From NCBI GenBank assembly GCA_043812195.1, contig JBDRML010000031.1, forward strand, positions 1 through 24,240: a stretch of 24,240 bases of DNA, written 5' to 3'. This stretch comes from Candidatus Woesearchaeota archaeon. Its GTDB lineage: Archaea > Nanobdellota > Nanobdellia > SCGC-AAA011-G17 > PNOQ01. Below the pieces are notes generated by a model. That model was not told the origin of the DNA and ran no database searches. It worked only from the letters and a program-made list of their open reading frames with translations. Made by a program: the position numbers and the translations under genes. Below, piece after piece: positions 18,002-24,240 of this stretch (positions are counted from its first letter, which is position 1; each line of letters begins with the position of its first letter).

Positions 18002-18053
18002 GATTTTGTAATAGGGGGAAATCTTTTAAAGGTTTATTTATTTACATTCTTTA
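18002..18053. promoter_or_regulatory. Putative bidirectional promoter for polB and map
   Basis: 52-bp divergent gap with central TTTTAAA (18024-18030), 22-23 nt from each ATG, with purine-rich BRE-like flanks on both strands. Confidence 0.6.
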
Positions 18054-18911
18054 ATGAAAGATTGGTATAAAGCTGGGGAAATAGCTAAAGAAGCTAAAGA
18101 GTATGGTATGAAGTTAATAAAGCCAGGTGTTTTGTTAATTGAGGTTTCAGAGAAAGTTGAGGCTAAAATAAAGGAGTTGGGAGGTAAACCTGCTTTTCCT
18201 ACTCAATTATCTATAAATGAAATTGCTGCACATTATAATCCATTTGTTAATGATGAGACTAAATTTAAGGAAGGTGATTTAGTTAAGTTAGATTTGGGTG
18301 TTCATATTAATGGTGCTGTGGCTGATATTGCTGTAACTGTAGATTTGGGAGATCACGCTGCATTAGTTAAGGCTAGTAAAGATGCTTTGCAAGCTGCTAT
18401 TGATTTTATCAAACCTGGTGTTGAATTAAGAGAGGTTGGTAAGGTTATTGGTGAAACTATTACTAAAGCTGGTTTTAATCCTATTAGAAATTTAGGTGGT
18501 CATGGTTTAGAATTGTATAAAGTCCATACTTCACCTTTTATTCCTAATTTTGATAATGGAGATACAACTAAGTTAGAGAAAGGAGATACAATTGCTATTG
18601 AACCTTTTGCAACTGATGGTGATGGGATGATATATGAAGGAAAACTTTGTGATGTTTATGAATTAAAAGAAATAAAGCCTGTTAGAGACATGAATTCTCG
18701 TAAGTTGTTGAGATTTATTGTTGAAGAGTATAAAACATTGCCTTTTGCTAAAAGATGGTTAAAAGATAAAAAAGGATATATTTTTGCATTGAATATTTTA
18801 GAGAAACAAGGAATTTTGCATCATTATCCTCAATTGCCTGAAAAAAGTAAAGGATTAGTTAGTCAGCATGAGCATACTGTAATTGTTGGTGATAGGGTTA
18901 CAACATTGTGA
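18054..18911 (+). CDS. map: Methionine aminopeptidase type II
   Basis: PAFP..LSINEIAAHY, KLDLGVHING.VAD.A.T, NLGGHG, AIEPFATDG, type II helical insert (TLPFAKRWL), VSQHEHTV. Confidence 0.96.
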   Translation: MKDWYKAGEIAKEAKEYGMKLIKPGVLLIEVSEKVEAKIKELGGKPAFPTQLSINEIAAHYNPFVNDETKFKEGDLVKLDLGVHINGAVADIAVTVDLGDHAALVKASKDALQAAIDFIKPGVELREVGKVIGETITKAGFNPIRNLGGHGLELYKVHTSPFIPNFDNGDTTKLEKGDTIAIEPFATDGDGMIYEGKLCDVYELKEIKPVRDMNSRKLLRFIVEEYKTLPFAKRWLKDKKGYIFALNILEKQGILHHYPQLPEKSKGLVSQHEHTVIVGDRVTTL

Positions 18912-19153
18912 TGATACTTTACAGAATTGAATGCCTAAATAATTGTATTTATTATTTGAAAAGAAGAGATACTGGTGAAAAAATATTATGGCCTAATATT
19001 GGTTTCTTTTATTTTTTACCTAGATTTACTAAAAGACTTTTAGAAGATGAATGTGCTGCGTGTGTTGAATTTGATGGAAAGATGCCATTAGAAAATGAAC
19101 TTTTTTTGAGAGTTGTTATTGATTTAGCTAATGATAGATTTAGAAAAGATTAA
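18911..19153 (+). CDS. Small hypothetical protein (about 80 aa), translationally coupled to map
   Basis: TGATG stop/start overlap at 18909-18913; fills the gap to the cdc48 stop; no recognisable motif. Confidence 0.55.
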   Translation: MILYRIECLNNCIYYLKRRDTGEKILWPNIGFFYFLPRFTKRLLEDECAACVEFDGKMPLENELFLRVVIDLANDRFRKD

Positions 19154-22100
19154 CCCATGTAAGAATGGGCTTCTCTTATTGCTGCTCCTCTTGCTGTTCT
19201 TATATATCTTTGTTCTATTTCTTCATAAGTTTTTATGTCTCTATCTGTTATTGATGGTTTGACTTTTTCAAGAGCATCTTTGAAATCTTTTGCTGTAATC
19301 TCTTTTGCTTTAATATCATTTCTTAATGCTAACATTCCTGCTTCTCTGCAAACAGCTTCAATATCTGAACCAACATAATTATTAGTTTGCTCTGCTAATT
19401 TTTTAATGTCTACTTGTTTTGATATTGGCATTCTTTTTGTGTGAACTTTAAATATCTCTTCTCTGCCTTTTTGATCTGGCACTGGAGTCATGATTATCCT
19501 ATCAAATCTTCCTGGTCTTAACAAAGCTGGATCTACCATATCTGGTCTGTTTGTTGCTCCGATAACAATTACATCGTGCAATTCTTCTAGACCGTCCATT
19601 TCAGATAATAATTGATTTACCATTCTTTCTGTTGATTTTGAACCTTGATCTGTTCCTCTTCTTGAGGCTATAGAATCTATTTCATCAAAGAAAATTATTG
19701 TTGGTGAGGCTTGTCTGGCTTTTTCGAAAATTTTTCTTATTCCTTTTTCAGAGTTGTGTGCAAATATTCCTCCAAATCCTGCTACGAAGTTTTGTCCATC
19801 TGGCACAGAGACATCATAAACATAATCCTCGTTGTCTATTACTTTTATTTCTTTTACTAAATCGAAAAATATATCTCCTTCAACCAAGTCCCAATATTCT
19901 TTGTACATTGATTTATCTTTATCTGCATAAACTAACATTTGTTTTAGTCTTTCTTTTCCGATTGTTAGGTTTGATTTTGGATTATAATTTTTAGTTGTTA
20001 AATCTAACAATGCTCCTGAGATTGGAATTAAATCTGATCTTGTCCACTTCCTTGAATTAATATATTTCCCAATTTTCATATTTCTACTTTTGTCAATGAA
20101 TCCTATATCTTTGAAATTCTCAAAATTTTTAACTCCAAAAATAATCAGTTGGTTTGTTGTTGATTCTGTTCTTTCTTTTTTCTCTCGCAAAAATGCAACT
20201 ATTCCAAAGTCAAGCAGCAAATACATTAAATCATTGGCAAGTTCCCTACTTACAGTTCCTGCTTCTAATCTGAATTTGCCTTTTTCGCCTTTTGGAATTG
20301 ATCCATCTCCGCTGAAATATCCTTTGAGAAAGTTTGATTTCGCTTCTTTGTCTAATGCAAATATAATATCTGGTATTCTTTTATTTTCTGCTCCTTCTTC
20401 TAATCCGAGAATGTTTTTGAATAATTTTTGAATTAAGAGAGAGTTTATTGTGAATGAATTTTCAAGTTTAGAAATACTGAATCCATATTTGTCAGCTATT
20501 TTTAATATATCTTCTCTTATCTCTGGGTTTGAATTATGTATTCTTACTGTATATCCATTAAAATCTCCTTCTGCTACCCAGATCCCCACTAATCTCCAGA
20601 AATCACTATTTATTTCTAATATTGGATTGTAGTTGTGCTTGCTACCTTTTAATTTTATTTTTATTTCATCATAGTTTATTCTTAATTTGGCCTCTCTCAA
20701 TAGTTTATCAAATGCTGTAATTGAGACTGGTAAATTTTTACTAATAATATCTGCTAAATATTTTTTTGAAATTCCTAGGATTTCTGAAGTTTTTTCTAGT
20801 CCAAGGATTAATTTTGCCCTAATTAAATAGTCCTTAGCTTTCCCTATAGAAACTGAATCATCGTTTTTGAATCCTTCATAAAGATTAATATTTTTCATCC
20901 TCTCTTTTGGTAAATTTAACCTTTTTGGTATTGCAATGTAGCTTTCGTTAGGTATTAAATGACTTGTTGGCAAGCTACCAAATTTTCCATTTACAAAAGA
21001 AAAAAGTGAATGGTCTGTAGTAACTTTAATTTTCCTTCCTGTTCTTGTAGTTATTTCCACTAATTTTGAAGTTAATGGGTGTTTTATGTAGTCATCTATT
21101 TTTGAAAATCCAACCCGTTTATCTTTGTCGAATGTTAATACTTCAATATCTTCTTTATTTTCTACTATATCTCCTATTTTCATTCTAATTATTTTGCCAT
21201 CTTTTTTTACTATTAACTCTTCATTGTAAGGCAATGATTCTCCAACCCACATAGATACTAATTCTGGACCTTTTACATTAATGAAGTTAGCTTCTGATTC
21301 GTTTGCTACTGCTTTAGCTAATAGAGTTTTACCTGTACCTGGCGGACCATAAATCAATACTCCCTTTGGAGGTTTGATTCCCATTCTTTCAAATGCGTCT
21401 TGGTTTTTTAATGGCCATTCAATTACTTCATGTAGTTCTGTTTTTAATTTATCTAAACCACCAATGTCTTCCCATTTTGTATTTGGTTTTTCAACTAAGA
21501 CTTCTCTCATTGCAGAAGGTCTTACTATTTTTAATGCTGATTTGAAATCTTCATCTGTGATTTTTAATTTATCTAATGTTTCTTTTGGTATAGTTTGTTT
21601 TTCTCTTAATTTAATATCTGGTAATGTTCTTCTTAGAACATTCATAGCTGCTTCTTTAGCTAGTGCTTGTAAATCTGCACCAACAAAACCATGTGTAATT
21701 TTTGCCATTTCTTCTATGTTAACTGATTTTGTTAATGGCATGTTTCTTGTATGAATTTTTAAAATATCTGATCTGCCTTTTTTGTCTGGAACTCCAATAA
21801 CAATTTCCCTATCGAATCTTCCTGGTCTTCTTAATGCTGGGTCTATTGAGTTTGGCCTGTTTGTTGCTCCGATAACTACTACATTTCCTCTCTTGTTTAG
21901 ACCATCCATCATAGCCAATAATTGTGCTACTACTCTTCTTTCAACTTCTCCATGAGTCTCTTCTCTTTTTGGTGCTATTGCGTCTAATTCGTCTATGAAA
22001 ATTATTGATGGTGCTTTTTCTGCTGCTTCCTCGAAAATCTTTCTAATTCTTTTTTCAGATTCTCCATAAAATTTATTCATGATTTCAGGACCGTTGATTA

Positions 22101-22917
22101 AGATAAAATTAGCTTCTGATTCATTTGCTACTGCCTTTGCTAATAGAGTTTTTCCTGTACCTGGTGAACCGTGTAAAAGAACACCTTGAGGAGGATCTAT
22201 TCCTAAAGCCTGGAATATTTCTGGATGTCTTAATGGTAATTCTACCATTTCTCTTATTTTTTTAATTTCTTCATCTAATCCACCAATGTCTTCGTAAGTT
22301 ACATCTGGTAAAATTAATTCATCTTCTGTTATCTGCATTGCTTTTGGACTTACTTTTATTTCTGTATTTTCAGTGATTATGATTGGGGTGCCTGTTGGTG
22401 TGGTTTCAGCTACTATGAATTTCAAACTTCCTATTGAACCCATAAAACCTTGTTCAAAAATTTCGAAGATATCTTCAAATGGACTTCCTGAGAATGTAGA
22501 TCGTCTTCTTCTTCCACCACCTAATGCAACTATGTCTCCTTTAACTACAACTCTTCCTAATAATCCTTTTGTGAATATGCCTGGATCTGCTTGAATCATG
22601 ATACCTTGCTGTGAAGGTGCTACTGTGATTTTCTTAGCTTCTTTAACATCAGCTTTTCTAATTTTGACTTGTTCTCCAATACCTGTTTTTGCGTTTCTTC
22701 TTACAATACCATCCATTCTTATGATGGCTTCACCGACATCTGAAGGATATGCTCTGTCCACAATACCTACTGTTTTTCTTCCACCTTCTATTTCAACTAT
22801 GTCTCCTGCTCTAACACCTACTTCTTTCATAAATTGAGAATCAACTCTAATAATTCCTTTGTATGCTTCTTCTTGCATAGCTTCTTTTACTCTTAAACTG
22901 GTTTCTTTATTTGCCAT
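19150..22917 (-). CDS. cdc48: Cdc48/VAT (p97-like) AAA+ ATPase precursor with one intein (760 aa after splicing)
   Basis: N-domain IRMDG..R.NA. D1: [46 protein letters not shown]2: [36 protein letters not shown]. Confidence 0.97.
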   Translation of the reverse strand: MANKETSLRVKEAMQEEAYKGIIRVDSQFMKEVGVRAGDIVEIEGGRKTVGIVDRAYPSDVGEAIIRMDGIVRRNAKTGIGEQVKIRKADVKEAKKITVAPSQQGIMIQADPGIFTKGLLGRVVVKGDIVALGGGRRRRSTFSGSPFEDIFEIFEQGFMGSIGSLKFIVAETTPTGTPIIITENTEIKVSPKAMQITEDELILPDVTYEDIGGLDEEIKKIREMVELPLRHPEIFQALGIDPPQGVLLHGSPGTGKTLLAKAVANESEANFILINGPEIMNKFYGESEKRIRKIFEEAAEKAPSIIFIDELDAIAPKREETHGEVERRVVAQLLAMMDGLNKRGNVVVIGATNRPNSIDPALRRPGRFDREIVIGVPDKKGRSDILKIHTRNMPLTKSVNIEEMAKITHGFVGADLQALAKEAAMNVLRRTLPDIKLREKQTIPKETLDKLKITDEDFKSALKIVRPSAMREVLVEKPNTKWEDIGGLDKLKTELHEVIEWPLKNQDAFERMGIKPPKGVLIYGPPGTGKTLLAKAVANESEANFINVKGPELVSMWVGESLPYNEELIVKKDGKIIRMKIGDIVENKEDIEVLTFDKDKRVGFSKIDDYIKHPLTSKLVEITTRTGRKIKVTTDHSLFSFVNGKFGSLPTSHLIPNESYIAIPKRLNLPKERMKNINLYEGFKNDDSVSIGKAKDYLIRAKLILGLEKTSEILGISKKYLADIISKNLPVSITAFDKLLREAKLRINYDEIKIKLKGSKHNYNPILEINSDFWRLVGIWVAEGDFNGYTVRIHNSNPEIREDILKIADKYGFSISKLENSFTINSLLIQKLFKNILGLEEGAENKRIPDIIFALDKEAKSNFLKGYFSGDGSIPKGEKGKFRLEAGTVSRELANDLMYLLLDFGIVAFLREKKERTESTTNQLIIFGVKNFENFKDIGFIDKSRNMKIGKYINSRKWTRSDLIPISGALLDLTTKNYNPKSNLTIGKERLKQMLVYADKDKSMYKEYWDLVEGDIFFDLVKEIKVIDNEDYVYDVSVPDGQNFVAGFGGIFAHNSEKGIRKIFEKARQASPTIIFFDEIDSIASRRGTDQGSKSTERMVNQLLSEMDGLEELHDVIVIGATNRPDMVDPALLRPGRFDRIIMTPVPDQKGREEIFKVHTKRMPISKQVDIKKLAEQTNNYVGSDIEAVCREAGMLALRNDIKAKEITAKDFKDALEKVKPSITDRDIKTYEEIEQRYIRTARGAAIREAHSYMG
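19753..21237 (-). mobile_element. Ser1 intein (495 aa) in Cdc48 D2, with LAGLIDADG endonuclease
   Basis: SMWVGE|[10 protein letters not shown]; block [11 protein letters not shown]; [12 protein letters not shown] and [11 protein letters not shown]; block [13 protein letters not shown]; IFAHN|SEKGIR. Removal restores WVGESEKGIR. Confidence 0.95.
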
Positions 22918-22921
22918 TTTT

Positions 22922-23272
22922 TTATAGTTCCCTAAACCTTAATATAATTTTGCCTGGTCTTTCTAAAGATAATCTCATCATTTGGTTCATTTCTCTTTCC
23001 ATACTTATGAATCTTTCTTCAAAATTTATGATTTCTTTTGGGATTGTAACTGAAAATGAATTTCCTACCATTCTTAGTTTTACGTCGAATTGTCTTTTTT
23101 GTAGTTCTTTGAAATTCTGAAAATCTTTAATATCTCCTGGATGAACCCACTGCTTTCTGCAATTAGGACATTCTAAAGCTCTTAGTTTAAATCCTTCTTG
23201 TTCAAGAGGGAACTTTCTAGTTTGTTCGTTGCATTTATCGCATAATATTTTTGTATTGAAGACGTCATTCAT
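22922..23272 (-). CDS. Zn-ribbon + AbrB/MazE-like DNA-binding domain protein
   Basis: CDKC...CPNC zinc knuckles, then [19 protein letters not shown] (swapped-hairpin motif) and a terminal GKIILR strand; 4 nt upstream of cdc48. Confidence 0.8.
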   Translation of the reverse strand: MNDVFNTKILCDKCNEQTRKFPLEQEGFKLRALECPNCRKQWVHPGDIKDFQNFKELQKRQFDVKLRMVGNSFSVTIPKEIINFEERFISMEREMNQMMRLSLERPGKIILRFREL

Positions 23273-23276
23273 TTTC

Positions 23277-23311
23277 GTGTAGACTCGGTGTATATACAGG
23301 TTGTTTATAAA
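23277..23311 (-). promoter_or_regulatory. Promoter and putative operator of the ZnR-AbrB/cdc48 unit
   Basis: TATA TTTATAAA at 23304-23311; perfect palindrome TGTATATACA at 23289-23298 between TATA and ATG. Confidence 0.55.
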
Positions 23312-23331
23312 GATTGTGGTTTAGAAATTTT

Positions 23332-24240
23332 TTAAAAATAATCACCTTCACAATCATTGAAAATTGCATAGTCTCCTGAATAGGTACAGGTTACATTGTT
23401 TATTGACCCTGTGCAGCTAACACCATAAGAAAAATTTCCGGTTTTTGATTTAATAAGATATTGAGTAAAGTTTTCTTTTTTAATACTGCATAAAGATTCT
23501 CTTCCTACAGTGTAATTATATCCAAGATCTGTTGCATTTTGTATAGCCTCGTCTACTAGTTCAGTAGTGTATCCTTGATCTAAAAGATATTGAATTAATT
23601 CATCTCTAGCGCCCGCATAATAATCTTCTATTTTAAAGTTGATATCGCATAAACCAGATGTTTCTCCTTTTAGTTCTATTTTGGATTTAGTTGAAACTAA
23701 TAATCCAGTGCCGAAGATATCTATTGTTTGTGTGGATAAAACTTCTGAAAGGTCACAATCTTCTGACGCTTCTATGAAACACTCTAGTGATTCTTCATTT
23801 TCAACTGTATATGAGTAATTAGTTCCATTTGAATAGTTTAAATTGAAAAAATTATAAGATCCTGTGTCTATAAAAAATGCCCCACAGTCTATAAATTCAT
23901 CTTGTTCCATATAATAACAAATTTTTATAGGTCCAGCAGTACAGATATCTCTAGTTGATGCATTATTGTCATTACAATCAGAATTGTTTAAACATTCATG
24001 AGCAGAAGTATAATTACATTTTGATTGTTTTGTGAATCCATTTTTACATCTATCTGTAGTGTTAATTTTATTATCATCACAGTCTACATCTATACAACAA
24101 GTATAATCTTTGCATATTCCACTTTCTGAGTATTGACATTGTCCGCATCCTACATTGGTTGTACACACACTGTTTTTGCATATTTTTCCTAATGGGCAAC
24201 CTGCATCTTCACAGCAATTATCATAGCCTTCTCCTGTTTC
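23332..24240 (-). CDS. Cys-rich, probably secreted or surface glycoprotein; 5'-truncated by the window edge
   Basis: Frame is open to base 24240 (ETGEGYDNCCEDAGCPLGKICKNSVCT...). Repeats DCDDNKINTTDRC and DCNDNNASTRDIC; 12 N-x-S/T sequons counted. Confidence 0.85.
   Translation of the reverse strand, partial: ETGEGYDNCCEDAGCPLGKICKNSVCTTNVGCGQCQYSESGICKDYTCCIDVDCDDNKINTTDRCKNGFTKQSKCNYTSAHECLNNSDCNDNNASTRDICTAGPIKICYYMEQDEFIDCGAFFIDTGSYNFFNLNYSNGTNYSYTVENEESLECFIEASEDCDLSEVLSTQTIDIFGTGLLVSTKSKIELKGETSGLCDINFKIEDYYAGARDELIQYLLDQGYTTELVDEAIQNATDLGYNYTVGRESLCSIKKENFTQYLIKSKTGNFSYGVSCTGSINNVTCTYSGDYAIFNDCEGDYF

Noticed and set aside
522-23120. Numerous 60-130 aa antisense ORFs in the track (e.g. 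522-764, 5083-5346, 12295-12684, 20090-20431, 21374-21754)
   Set aside because: They are shadows of well-supported genes on the opposite strand, with F/L/I/S-rich composition and no motifs.
22922-23272. Type II toxin-antitoxin pair
   Set aside because: An AbrB-like domain is present, but there is no adjacent PIN/MazF/RelE toxin; the downstream gene is cdc48.

Overview
AT-rich, very compact archaeal chromosomal segment with BRE/TATA promoters and mostly leaderless genes. The gene content and style suggest a DPANN archaeon (Woesearchaeota/Pacearchaeota-like; inference). It carries PCNA-linked replication/repair genes: RFC small subunit with two inteins, RFC large subunit, FEN1 and PolB. It also encodes an intein-containing Cdc48/VAT, MetAP2, a Trm5/Tyw2-type methyltransferase, an orphan HerA/DUF87-type ATPase, an ABC exporter, several membrane or hypothetical proteins and a partial Cys-rich surface protein. 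Most notable are: (i) a free-standing HTH-LAGLIDADG-wHTH gene with its own promoter and a palindrome, between polB and fen1, resembling an intein core without splicing domains; (ii) an unannotated 19-aa Lys/Ala micro-peptide with its own promoter, strong SD and terminator; (iii) a Zn-ribbon-AbrB gene apparently co-transcribed with cdc48, with a palindrome in its promoter; (iv) three large inteins with extra HTH domains, one inserted at the Cdc48 D2 pore loop. No rRNA, tRNA or CRISPR array was recognised.
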